From positions 423 through 64,422 of the forward strand of contig CAZLXP010000001.1 of NCBI GenBank assembly GCA_964563535.1: DNA of 64,000 nucleotides. Reading direction: 5' to 3'. Position 1 is the stretch's first letter. Every line of letters begins with the position of its first letter. The notes under the pieces are model-generated. The model did not search any database. It had not been told where the DNA came from and worked only from the letters and a program-made list of their open reading frames with translations. This document shows positions 30,085-38,049 of this stretch, piece after piece. The translations under genes and the position numbers were made by a program. Origin of the DNA: an uncultured bacterium (GTDB lineage: Bacteria; RBG-13-66-14; B26-G2; WVWN01).

Positions 30085-30918
30085 GTGGAAAACCTACCGT
30101 TAACGTTAAAGGAATATTTTAAAACCAAGGCGGTTAAAGGCATAACTATACTAAATGACGGCGCAGGGGAAACGTTCCCTCTATCCGGTGTTATTACCTA
30201 CGGCGCTATATTATTCGCCGACCTTCCGGGTTTTTCTAAACGGTTAGCCGAATACCCGGAACCCGGATACGGTTTATTCCTAGCTAACTTATTTTTCGCT
30301 TGGTTTAAAGGGGAACACGTTTATAAATTCGGCGGGTTATTAGATAAGTACATCGGGGATGAAATTATGATGGTTTTCCCTGCCGATACTTGCGACGGAT
30401 TACCCCTAAAAGCGGCTTTGTCTGCGGCGCGACGTTTTATTGATTATGACGTTTGGGATTTTAGGCCTCGCGTAGGCGTAGCGGTTGGGGATTTCGTAAT
30501 CGGTATAGTAGGACCTTTGGAAAAGGATTATGACGATAATTTTCGCTTGACCGATATAACAGCAGTCGGGAATACCGTTAATATAGCCGCTAGGTGCGTA
30601 CAAACGTTGGGGAACAATAAAACGGTTCGAGTCGCGACTTCTGATATCGAGTTAGTCCGAACCGTTTTCCCTTCACGGCCGAGTAGCAATGGAGGACACA
30701 TAAGAAGGGACGTTTGGAATATAGATGGGCCTAAAGAGGTAGAAGCGAAAAATGTTGGTTGCATTACGGTCATAGATATCGAAAACCCTTCCATTTGGGG
30801 CCCATTGATGGGATTTTCTAACGGCAAGGCCAAGGACCGGGAAACTGAATTACACGAACAATATACCCAAGGGATTAATTACGCTTTAGATAAAGGGACC
30901 GTCGTTAACGATAAATAA
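30085..30918 (+). CDS. Stand-alone class III nucleotidyl cyclase (adenylate/guanylate-cyclase catalytic-domain family), 277 aa.
   Basis: Cyclase motifs: ILFADLPGFSK, GDEIMMVF, VGVAVGDFVIGIVGP, TAVGNTVNIAARC. It has no sensor or TM domains. It sits 50 bp after the RM gene stop. Confidence 0.7.
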   Translation: MENLPLTLKEYFKTKAVKGITILNDGAGETFPLSGVITYGAILFADLPGFSKRLAEYPEPGYGLFLANLFFAWFKGEHVYKFGGLLDKYIGDEIMMVFPADTCDGLPLKAALSAARRFIDYDVWDFRPRVGVAVGDFVIGIVGPLEKDYDDNFRLTDITAVGNTVNIAARCVQTLGNNKTVRVATSDIELVRTVFPSRPSSNGGHIRRDVWNIDGPKEVEAKNVGCITVIDIENPSIWGPLMGFSNGKAKDRETELHEQYTQGINYALDKGTVVNDK

Positions 30919-30930
30919 AATTAGAGTCCC

Positions 30931-31135
30931 CTACGCCGCCCGGCACGACAAGATCGTGGCGTTGGTGGAGGAGATGCTCGAGCTGCACAAACGCGTCGTC
31001 GCCGCCAAATCCGATACGGACAAAAAACGCCTCGAGCGCGCGATAAACGCCACCGACGGCAAAATAGACGCGCTGGTCTACGAGCTATACGGTTTGAGCG
31101 AGGAAAATATAAAGACCGTAGTAAGTAAATTATAA
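30931..31135 (+). repeat. R1: direct copy of the RM-gene 3' end (about 205 bp; encodes ...RHDKIVALVEEMLELHKRVVAAKSDTDKKRLERAINATDGKIDALVYELYGLSEENIKTVVSKL plus stop). A GC hairpin follows at 31136-31158.
   Basis: Direct nucleotide alignment to 29830-30035, about 80% identity. Same orientation as the RM gene. Confidence 0.85.
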
Positions 31136-31167
31136 GGGCGGCTTTCGCCGCCCCCCATTTTTAGACC

Positions 31168-31335
31168 TTACCCGGGTTTACATTCTTCGCACGGTTTATA
31201 CCCTTGGCCTTTTGCATACGACCTTTTTACCGTACGACGGTTAATAGGTTTTATATTATCTACCCATTTACAACCGGGTTTGTGGTACCGGCTATCCTCT
31301 TGTTTATCTGTAGAGATTATTACGTCGGGGTCCAT
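31168..31335 (-). CDS. Small Ada-type zinc-ribbon domain protein (55 aa). Not in the ORF track.
   Basis: AAGGAGGTG RBS. Manual translation MDPDVIISTDKQEDSRYHKPGCKWVDNIKPINRRTVKRSYAKGQGYKPCEECKPG matches the Ada_Zn_binding pattern YH.p.C...(n)...A...GyrPC..C.P. Confidence 0.5.
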   Translation of the reverse strand: MDPDVIISTDKQEDSRYHKPGCKWVDNIKPINRRTVKRSYAKGQGYKPCEECKPG

Positions 31336-31416
31336 AAAATCACCTCCTTTATCTTTATGGTTTTTGGTTGTCGGCGTTTCCTCTTACGGAAGCTTTTTAA
31401 AATTCCGACCGGAAAA

Positions 31417-31548
31417 TCATTTCTTTTTAGGGGTCTGGGATAAAGCGCTTCCGGCTGCCGTTTTACTTGGCTTAGAGGTCCGCCCGTCCCGTAGAACTTT
31501 CGAAGCCGCGGATGCCGCTTTCGGGCTTGTTACCTTTCCTTTCGTCAT
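31417..31548 (-). CDS. Small Lys/Ser/Ala-rich protein (43 aa). Not in the ORF track.
   Basis: AGGAGGTG RBS. MTKGKVTSPKAASAASKVLRDGRTSKPSKTAAGSALSQTPKKK. It lies upstream of, and is co-oriented with, the Ada-like mini-gene. Confidence 0.35.
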   Translation of the reverse strand: MTKGKVTSPKAASAASKVLRDGRTSKPSKTAAGSALSQTPKKK

Positions 31549-31657
31549 AATAACACCTCCTTCTTTTAGGTTTTTAATTACATTATAGTATTATAAAAAA
31601 AATCCGTCTAATACGCAATACATATTTCGGCATCCACCGAAGTCGTACCAACGAACG

Positions 31658-31857
31658 ACGTCGCCCGGTACGACAAGATGGTCGCGTTGGTGGAGGAGAT
31701 GCTCGCTCTCCACAAGCGCCTAAGTGTCGCCAACGCCGACGCGGATAAGAAAATGCTCCAACGCGCCATCGACGTTACGGATAAAAAGATCAACGCGCTG
31801 GTGTACGAATTATACGGTTTGACGGCTGAGGATATAAAAATTATGGAGTCGTCGTAG
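31658..31857 (+). repeat. R2: direct copy of the RM-gene 3' end (about 200 bp; ...VARYDKMVALVEEMLALHKRLSVANADADKKMLQRAIDVTDKKINALVYELYGLTAEDIKIMESS plus stop). A palindromic hairpin, GGTCTTAAGACC, follows at 31858-31884.
   Basis: Alignment to 29826-30035. Confidence 0.85.
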
Positions 31858-31946
31858 GGGACGGTCTTAAGACCGGCCCGCCTTGGGTTTTTAAGATATG
31901 TCGGGTTTGGTGGCACGGCCTAAAGGCCGCGCCCTACGAAAACCCC

Positions 31947-32037
31947 CGCCGCCACCGACCGCAAGATCGACGCGCTGGTCTACGAGCTATACGGCTTGAC
32001 CGATGAGGAGATAAAAATAGTAGAGGGTTCTATTTAA
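31947..32037 (+). repeat. R2b: short direct copy of the RM-gene 3' end (about 90 bp; AATDRKIDALVYELYGLTDEEIKIVEGSI plus stop).
   Basis: Alignment to 29940-30035. Its stop lies 4 nt before the ATG of the 32042 gene. Confidence 0.85.
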
Positions 32038-32041
32038 AACG

Positions 32042-32707
32042 ATGTTCTATGAATTAATACACTTTAAAATTAGCCCTATATTACTATTAACTCTGGGCTT
32101 ATCTTCCGAGTTTTTAGGCACCTTTTTAATTGCCGTGGACGCCGTCGCAATAAAAGAGTTCCTTTTAAAATTCCGATCCGATGTTTTTTATGAAAAACGC
32201 AGGGCCGATTTAGCGATTACTAAGTTTATTAATAGGTCTATTGCTTTTATTGTTTTCGGAACCGTTTTCGCCATAGTAACTACCGCGATTGGTTTAGATC
32301 TAGTACTTGCCTTGTTGCTCGCCCCATTAGGTTTTATTATACACCGTTTAATATCACGCATTCTTGGCCGGTTTTATTCACTAGTCCGTGTTCATCCGCC
32401 TAAATTGCGGGGGGGATGTATCTTAAAACCCTTATCGATTTTTATATGGCTATTATGGTTTATAGGCCTTTTGCTAACGTTTACCATATATATAGGTTTC
32501 GACATTGGTTTTGTTGTTGTGGTGTATGGGCTTAGCGAAAAATATTTAAAGCCTTTGGTGATAAAATTTTTCGATTATTTCAGCGAAAAGTGCATTAAGA
32601 AAGGCGAATCGTGGTTTCTTAAGTCATATATCATTACGGGGATTCTATTAATATTATTTGGGTTCTTATATCAAATTACGGGCACTATTCTAATTGCTTT
32701 ATATTAA
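32042..32707 (+). CDS. Polytopic membrane protein (about 5-6 TM helices), low GC, 221 aa.
   Basis: Hydrophobic helices ILLLTLGLSSEFLGTFLIAV, IAFIVFGTVFAIVTTAIGLDLVLALLLAPLGFII, IFIWLLWFIGLLLTFTIYIGFDIGFVVVVYG, IITGILLILFGFLYQITGTILIALY. No soluble domain recognised. Confidence 0.5.
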   Translation: MFYELIHFKISPILLLTLGLSSEFLGTFLIAVDAVAIKEFLLKFRSDVFYEKRRADLAITKFINRSIAFIVFGTVFAIVTTAIGLDLVLALLLAPLGFIIHRLISRILGRFYSLVRVHPPKLRGGCILKPLSIFIWLLWFIGLLLTFTIYIGFDIGFVVVVYGLSEKYLKPLVIKFFDYFSEKCIKKGESWFLKSYIITGILLILFGFLYQITGTILIALY

Positions 32708-32764
32708 TACCTGGTCCTATAGAAAATACGCGCTACGCGTGCCCCTCGGTCGTAACGCCGCGGC

Positions 32765-32855
32765 TGTCGCCGCGGCCCCCGATATCGACGCGCTGGTCTA
32801 TGAGCTGTACGGCCTGACCGATGAGGAGATAAGGATCGTGGAGGGGGCGAAGTAA
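32765..32855 (+). repeat. R3: short direct copy of the RM-gene 3' end (...DIDALVYELYGLTDEEIRIVEGAK plus stop).
   Basis: Alignment to 29950-30035. Confidence 0.8.
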
Positions 32856-32869
32856 AAGGAAACGGCTTT

Positions 32870-33364
32870 ATGTGGGATTGGTTACTAAAACACGTTCCCG
32901 AGTTAACCGCTTTGTCTACGGTTATTATGGCCGCGGCTACTACTATCGTAGCAGCCGCTACCGCGGTTTACGCGTTTTTAACTAATAAGTCATTAGCGCA
33001 GTCGAGGAAGGCCGTCACGGCTACCACCTTACCTTTACTCGCACTGCAGGAAGATACCTTTGGCGCTAATTACCCGCAATTAATATTCGTGAACCTGAAG
33101 AATAATGGATTTGGGCCGGCTTTAGAAATTCGACCTGAAATACAGGGGAATCCGGTCGGGTTTCATGTTTTAATTAAAAAACGTAGTTTGGGCCCGGGCG
33201 ATAGTTTAACGTTAGAAATAATAGGAGACCCCCATAAAGTAATCGATTATTCGGGAGTTTTGCGAGTTCGCGTATATTACCGGGCGATATTTGGCGTCGT
33301 ATACGAGTTATTGTTTGGTTTTTCCATTGATTCTCGCATCGTGGCTTTAATTCGCGTAGATTGA
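32870..33364 (+). CDS. Hypothetical protein with one N-terminal TM helix and a beta-rich C-terminal domain (164 aa).
   Basis: AAGGAAA RBS. N-terminal hydrophobic segment LTALSTVIMAAATTIVAAATAVYAFL. No motif recognised. Confidence 0.4.
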   Translation: MWDWLLKHVPELTALSTVIMAAATTIVAAATAVYAFLTNKSLAQSRKAVTATTLPLLALQEDTFGANYPQLIFVNLKNNGFGPALEIRPEIQGNPVGFHVLIKKRSLGPGDSLTLEIIGDPHKVIDYSGVLRVRVYYRAIFGVVYELLFGFSIDSRIVALIRVD

Positions 33365-33378
33365 AATAACGCAATATA

Positions 33379-33558
33379 GTGGCGTTGGTGGAGGAGATGC
33401 TCGCTCTCCACAAGCGCCTCGCCGCCGCCAAATCGGACGCCGACAAGAAAACGACCTAGCGCGCCATCGCCGCCACCGACCGTAAGATCGATGCCCTGGT
33501 CTACGAGCTGTACGGTTTGACGGATGAGGAGATAAGGATCTTGGAGGAATCTAGTTGA
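33379..33558 (+). repeat. R4: direct copy of the RM-gene 3' end (about 180 bp) carrying an internal TAG at 33457-33459 (...DADKKTT*RAIAATDRKIDALVYELYGLTDEEIRILEESS plus stop).
   Basis: Alignment to 29850-30035. The terminal TGA overlaps the ATG of the DUF3800 gene (ttgATGccg). Confidence 0.85.
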
Positions 33559-34277
33559 TGCCGTTATACCGGATTTATATCGACGAAGTCGGGAACCACG
33601 ACTTAAGGCACGCCGAGGATATTAATGAACGTTTCCTCTCTCTGACGGGGGTAATTATCGCCTCCGCTACTATAAGGAACGTCGTAGCCCCGGAGATGGT
33701 GCGATTAAAAGAGGAAGTGTTCGAGCCCGACCCTGACGAACCGGTAATATTTCACCGAAGGGACATCGTAAAAAGACGGGGTCCTTTTAAAATATTAGAC
33801 GAACCTGATAAACGCCGCGCTTTCGATGAAGCGTTGATAGCCGCTTTGACTCGGTGGGAATACAACGTCGTTACCGTAGTGATCGATAAACTAGCGCACC
33901 GCGACCAGTATAAAGTATGGATAGCGCACCCGTACCATTATTGCTTGCAGGTTTTGCTCGAAAGGTTTTTATTGTTTCTACAAGACCACGACGGCCATGG
34001 AGACGTCATGGTCGAAAGTCGGGGCGGTAAAGAGGATAAAAAACTAAAGGATTCCTTTCGAAGGCTATATAACCAAGGTACCGTTTGTATCGGGGCCGGT
34101 GATTTTCACCGTAGGTTTACTTCGGCCGAGTTGAAAGTAAAACCCAAAGCGGCTAACGTAGCGGGCCTTCAAATTTCAGATTTGGTTGCGTACCCCTCGC
34201 GCCGGGAAATCCTCCACGAACGGGTTTTTAAACGCCCGGAATTTCGACATTTAGCGACCGCGTGGTACGGATATTGA
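33555..34277 (+). CDS. DUF3800-family protein (240 aa).
   Basis: N-terminal LYRIYIDEVGNHDL matches the DUF3800 signature (YxIYIDESG...). The rest is a mixed alpha/beta soluble protein. Confidence 0.55.
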   Translation: MMPLYRIYIDEVGNHDLRHAEDINERFLSLTGVIIASATIRNVVAPEMVRLKEEVFEPDPDEPVIFHRRDIVKRRGPFKILDEPDKRRAFDEALIAALTRWEYNVVTVVIDKLAHRDQYKVWIAHPYHYCLQVLLERFLLFLQDHDGHGDVMVESRGGKEDKKLKDSFRRLYNQGTVCIGAGDFHRRFTSAELKVKPKAANVAGLQISDLVAYPSRREILHERVFKRPEFRHLATAWYGY

Positions 34278-34460
34278 TCGGCGGCAAATATTTACGTAGC
34301 CCGAGAACCGGGGATATATGGGGTTACGGAAAAAAGATGTTGCCGTAGAAAAAGGCCCCTTTCGGGGCCCCCGATGGACTTACCGCCCATCCACCTCCGC
34401 TAAACGGATTACTTATATAATACCCTATTACCACGAAATGTCAAGGGGTTTTTTAGCGTT

Positions 34461-34652
34461 CCCTGCCACGACACGATGGTGGCGTTGGTGGAGGATATGC
34501 TCGAGTTGCACAAGCGCCTCGCCGCCAAATCCGACGCCGACAAGCAGCGCCTCCAGCGCGCCATAAACGCCACCGACCGCAAGATCGACGCGCTGGTCTA
34601 CGAGCTGTACGGTTTGACAGATGAAGAGATAAGGATCGTGGAGGGTTCATAA
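34461..34652 (+). repeat. R5: direct copy of the RM-gene 3' end (about 190 bp; ...HDTMVALVEDMLELHKRLAAKSDADKQRLQRAINATDRKIDALVYELYGLTDEEIRIVEGS plus stop).
   Basis: Alignment to 29840-30035. The next gene's ATG lies 4 nt after a double TAA. Confidence 0.85.
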
Positions 34653-34655
34653 TAA

Positions 34656-35273
34656 ATGTTCGGGTTTATCTATTCTATAATTAAAGACGCGATCCGTTTA
34701 TTCCAATCGTTAGCCCCGGGTATTTCTATAACCTATAATGGTACAAGGTATTTCGCAAACCCGGGCCGTCTAATTTTTATGTTCAACGTAATGAATACCA
34801 AAAGAGATGACTTAAACCAATGCGCGCCTTGGTCATTAGTTATTAGTGATAAAAAGCCCGAACCGCTCGAAGCCGCGATGGCTAACTGGAATCTTAGGGA
34901 ATCACCTGATTATAATTATGAAGGCGGCGGCGGCCGTTATATTACTTTGAAAGGGAAATCCATACAAGAAGCGTGGTTCGAAATGTTTATTGACCCGGCG
35001 CCGTCGGTACAACATGGTGGTACGGAGCATTTTTTATTCCCGTTCGATGAAGATCCGGGGGATTACTTGCTTGCGTTGGTCATCTCATCCGGAAACAGCA
35101 AGTATTCTAAAGTAGTACGTTTTAAAATAAACGAGCGTATCGAACCTTACGACGATTTCGAATCGGTTATGTTTAAAACCGCGATTTCCGAAAATTTTAA
35201 GTCGAGCCTAAGGCAGCGCGCCCGGAATATTATTAAAAAAGTAGATTATTACGAATTAGTCAGGCCTTATTAA
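34656..35273 (+). CDS. Hypothetical soluble protein (205 aa).
   Basis: Intact ORF immediately 3' of R5. No motif recognised. Confidence 0.4.
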   Translation: MFGFIYSIIKDAIRLFQSLAPGISITYNGTRYFANPGRLIFMFNVMNTKRDDLNQCAPWSLVISDKKPEPLEAAMANWNLRESPDYNYEGGGGRYITLKGKSIQEAWFEMFIDPAPSVQHGGTEHFLFPFDEDPGDYLLALVISSGNSKYSKVVRFKINERIEPYDDFESVMFKTAISENFKSSLRQRARNIIKKVDYYELVRPY

Positions 35274-35321
35274 ACTTTTTTCAACGATAACGACTACCGG
35301 GCCGTTTTTTATCCGGTTTCC

Positions 35322-35369
35322 CGCCTGACCGACGAGGAGATAAAGATCGTGGAGGGGGCGGGGTCGTAG
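35322..35369 (+). repeat. R6: very short direct copy of the RM-gene 3' end (LTDEEIKIVEGAGS plus stop). A GGCCTTCAGGCC hairpin follows at 35370-35392.
   Basis: Alignment to the last ~45 nt of the RM gene. The stop-plus-hairpin is near-identical to that of R2 (tcgtaggggacggYctt..agRccggccc). Confidence 0.75.
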
Positions 35370-35422
35370 GGGACGGCCTTCAGGCCGGCCCAAAGTATCG
35401 TAATTATATAAAGGAGGAAAAA

Positions 35423-35824
35423 ATGCAGTTTCCCGACCGAACCGAGGCGATTATTATCCACGCGCGTTTGGCACGGGAAGCCGAAACGAAAGGCGATTTC
35501 GCCCTCGCGCGGTTATCTTATTTCAAATGGGTCGAATCGCTCCGGCAACAGAACGTTAACACCGGGGGCGCGTTAGAAAAGGATCTAGCTGCCGCTCAAA
35601 GGGCTTATTCCGCATTTGCGGGCCGAGACCCCCTTTACCTTAAAATATGTGGCGACGTCCTTTCCTATATCGCGAGTCATCCAGGCGTATTACAAACAGA
35701 CCTCTATAAAGAATTCCCCGCGTTTTCGCAGGAGGATTTACGGTATGCCCTCTATTTCGCGGGCGACCACGGTAAAATTAAACGCGAGAAGAAAGGTCGG
35801 ACGTATACCTTAACTGCGGCGTAA
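35423..35824 (+). CDS. Hypothetical protein (133 aa).
   Basis: AAAGGAGGAAAAAATG RBS. Co-oriented with the phosphatase-like gene 20 bp downstream. Confidence 0.4.
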   Translation: MQFPDRTEAIIIHARLAREAETKGDFALARLSYFKWVESLRQQNVNTGGALEKDLAAAQRAYSAFAGRDPLYLKICGDVLSYIASHPGVLQTDLYKEFPAFSQEDLRYALYFAGDHGKIKREKKGRTYTLTAA

Positions 35825-35843
35825 CCCGGATTCGGAGGTATTT

Positions 35844-36317
35844 ATGTTATCCGTTTGGGGAAACCTTTACGTTGGCGACGATGCCGATTGCTTTAGCGAC
35901 GAAAGGCCGGGATGGGCGGTAGTACACGCGTGCAAGAATCCCTGTCACGCGGCGGCCGTAGGTTATAGCGGTTCCCTATCATTCTCACATCCTAATTACT
36001 TACAATTGCGCTGCGGTTCACACCTTTATTTAAACCTTATAGACCCTCCGACGCCGCTATTTATACCCGCGTCGTTTAAATACGCGCTCGACTTTATTGA
36101 TGAATACATCGGCTCGCGTAAAGTCCTTATCCACTGCAACGAGGCGTTCTCCCGGGCGCCCTCCATCGCCCTTCTGTATTTAGCGAACCGCGCTAAAGTT
36201 ATAAGGGAAACTTCCTACGCGGCAGCGTGCGAGGATTTCCTTAGATTGTGCCCGGCTTATACCCCTGGGGAAGGCATACAAACTTTTCTTATTACGAATT
36301 GGGAATCCTTACGGTAA
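35844..36317 (+). CDS. Dual-specificity/tyrosine-phosphatase-like protein (CX5R P-loop).
   Basis: VLIHCNEAFSRAPSIALLYL fits the HCxxxxxR(S/T) phosphatase signature (C-N-E-A-F-S-R). Confidence 0.5.
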   Translation: MLSVWGNLYVGDDADCFSDERPGWAVVHACKNPCHAAAVGYSGSLSFSHPNYLQLRCGSHLYLNLIDPPTPLFIPASFKYALDFIDEYIGSRKVLIHCNEAFSRAPSIALLYLANRAKVIRETSYAAACEDFLRLCPAYTPGEGIQTFLITNWESLR

Positions 36318-36365
36318 TGCACCGCGAACGGTTCCGCCAGGGATAACGACTGCCTCGAGCGGGGC

Positions 36366-36461
36366 GTCGCCGCCGCCGCCACCGACCGCAAAATATACGC
36401 GCTGGTCTACGAGTTGTACGGCTTGACGGTTGAGGAGATTAAAACCGTGGAGGGGGTGTAG
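36366..36461 (+). repeat. R7: short direct copy of the RM-gene 3' end (AATDRKIYALVYELYGLTVEEIKTVEGV plus stop). A perfect palindrome, GGGCGAATGGCCATTCGCCC, follows.
   Basis: Alignment to 29940-30035. Confidence 0.8.
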
Positions 36462-36490
36462 GGGCGAATGGCCATTCGCCCCTAGCCGGG

Positions 36491-36525
36491 TTAACGCCTG
36501 AGGAGATAACGATAATAGAAATTAG
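36491..36525 (+). repeat. R8: remnant of the RM-gene 3' end (LTPEEITIIEIS).
   Basis: Matches the GLTDEEI..VEG segment. It is followed at 36531-36563 by a hairpin plus T8 terminator (GGCCTATTCATAGGCCAGTTTTTTTTATTT). Confidence 0.5.
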
Positions 36526-36577
36526 TCGATGCCGGCCTATTCATAGGCCAGTTTTTTTTATTTAAATTCGGCTCGAG

Positions 36578-37417
36578 CTACTTGAACAACGCCTTGACGC
36601 GGCCGAGGGAGGCGGGGGCAATGGCTGTATTGACCCATTTGAAATATTGGATGCGGTGGTTGTAGGTATCCGCGACGTAGACGCGGGAGCCGCCGGCGTT
36701 GAGACACAATCCGCACGGGCCGTTGAATTGGCCGTTACCGGAGCCGCTCGAGCCCCACTTACCCACGTAGGACCCACTCGCGGTGAAGTATTGGATGCGG
36801 TTGTTACCCGAATCGGCGACGTAGACGTTACCGTCGGGGGCGACGGCGACTCCGTACGGGTAACGGAATTGGCCGTCGCCCGTGCCGTACGAGCCCCACT
36901 GGCCGATGTAGGAACCGGCCGCGTTGAAGTATTGGATGCGGTTATTTTCGCGATCGGCGACGTATACGTTGCCGCCCGGGGCGACGGCGACGCCCCACGG
37001 GTAATAGAACTGGCCGTTGCCCGTGCCGGGCGTGCCCCGCTGGCCTACGTAGGAGCCGGTGGCGGTGAAGTATTGGACGCGTTGGTTACCCCAATCGGGG
37101 ACGTAGACGTTGCCCCTGAAGGCGACGGCGATGTCCTGTGGCCAATCGAACTGGCCGTTGCCCGTGCCGTACGAGCCCCACTGGCCGAGGTAGGACCCGG
37201 TGGCCGTAAAGTATTGGATGCGGTTGTTCCACCAATCGGCGACGTAGACGTCCCCGCACGGGGCGGCGACGACGCCCGTCGGGTATTGGAACTGGCCGTT
37301 GCCCGAGCCGCCCGAGCCCCACTGCGCTTCGTAGACCCAGGCGGCGAAGGCCGCGGCCGCCAGCGTTGCCGCCGCCGCCAGCGTTGCCGCCGCTGCGATA
37401 ATTAAAACCGTTTTCAT
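36578..37417 (-). CDS. Secreted NHL-repeat beta-propeller protein (copy D, 279 aa, 5 blades).
   Basis: MKTVLIIAAAATLAAAATLAAAAFAAWVYEAQWGSGGSGNGQ...; C-terminus ...WVNTAIAPASLGRVKALFK. Confidence 0.8.
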   Translation of the reverse strand: MKTVLIIAAAATLAAAATLAAAAFAAWVYEAQWGSGGSGNGQFQYPTGVVAAPCGDVYVADWWNNRIQYFTATGSYLGQWGSYGTGNGQFDWPQDIAVAFRGNVYVPDWGNQRVQYFTATGSYVGQRGTPGTGNGQFYYPWGVAVAPGGNVYVADRENNRIQYFNAAGSYIGQWGSYGTGDGQFRYPYGVAVAPDGNVYVADSGNNRIQYFTASGSYVGKWGSSGSGNGQFNGPCGLCLNAGGSRVYVADTYNHRIQYFKWVNTAIAPASLGRVKALFK

Positions 37418-37837
37418 CGACTAACCTCCTGTTTGGTAATTACCGTTCCCCAAAACGCTGCTTCGGGTTAAATAGAAATAAAAACCCCAGGCCGGCCTTT
37501 AGCCGAACCTGGGTAGTATTCAACTTCACACGGCGCGCGTAGCGCCACGCCCCTTAATTATGTTTCCTCCAACCCGGCCATTCCCTACCCCCTTCCGAAG
37601 GCCGCCGGGTTACTTATACCTTTGCCGGCGATTTTTAAATAACCCAAGATTTTTGTCAAGCATAATTTATCGTATTCATAACTATATTAGTAAGGTAAAG
37701 CCATTGCGGGCCGCCACATAACAAAGGGGCCACGGAGGCCCCTTTCATTTAATTACGACCCGGCGGCCTAGGCGAAAGCGCCCCGCCCCTTGACAACCCC
37801 CCCTAAGCGGTTAAACTATGCGTCGCTCAAGGCCGGG

Positions 37838-37870
37838 GTGGCAGAACTGGCAGACGCAGCGGACTTAAAA
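37838..37870 (+). pseudogene. Fragment of a hicB-like 3' end (...GWQNWQTQRT plus stop).
   Basis: ggggtggcagaactggcagacgcagcggacttaa matches 24856-24889 (gccggggtggcggaacaggcagacgcagcggacttaa). Confidence 0.55.
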
Positions 37871-37931
37871 AACGGCTACGCTGGGATTATTAAGGCGGCC
37901 GCAAGGGGCGCTTTTGTTTCGTGGGCGAGAA

Positions 37932-38049
37932 ATATTTGCATCCCGGCCCTAAGCCTGCTATACTTTTATATATATACCGAAATACGTGAATTAATTCACT
38001 AGTTACCGTAATAAATTAATAATTTCAACCAACCGGAAGGAGACGTTCT
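37932..38049 (+). promoter_or_regulatory. Conserved AT-rich promoter/operator region of the NHL family (copy 2). It contains a perfect 14-bp palindrome, GTGAATTAATTCAC, at 37986-37999.
   Basis: Near-identical to 20589-20704. GGAAGGAG RBS precedes the ATG at 38050. Confidence 0.6.

Noticed and set aside
36462-36484. Palindromes after the cassette repeats, considered as possible CRISPR-like or REP arrays.
   Set aside because: Spacing is irregular (0.1-1 kb) and the intervening units are genes plus RM 3' fragments. There is no repeat-spacer periodicity and no cas genes. They are better explained as cassette-boundary hairpins/terminators.
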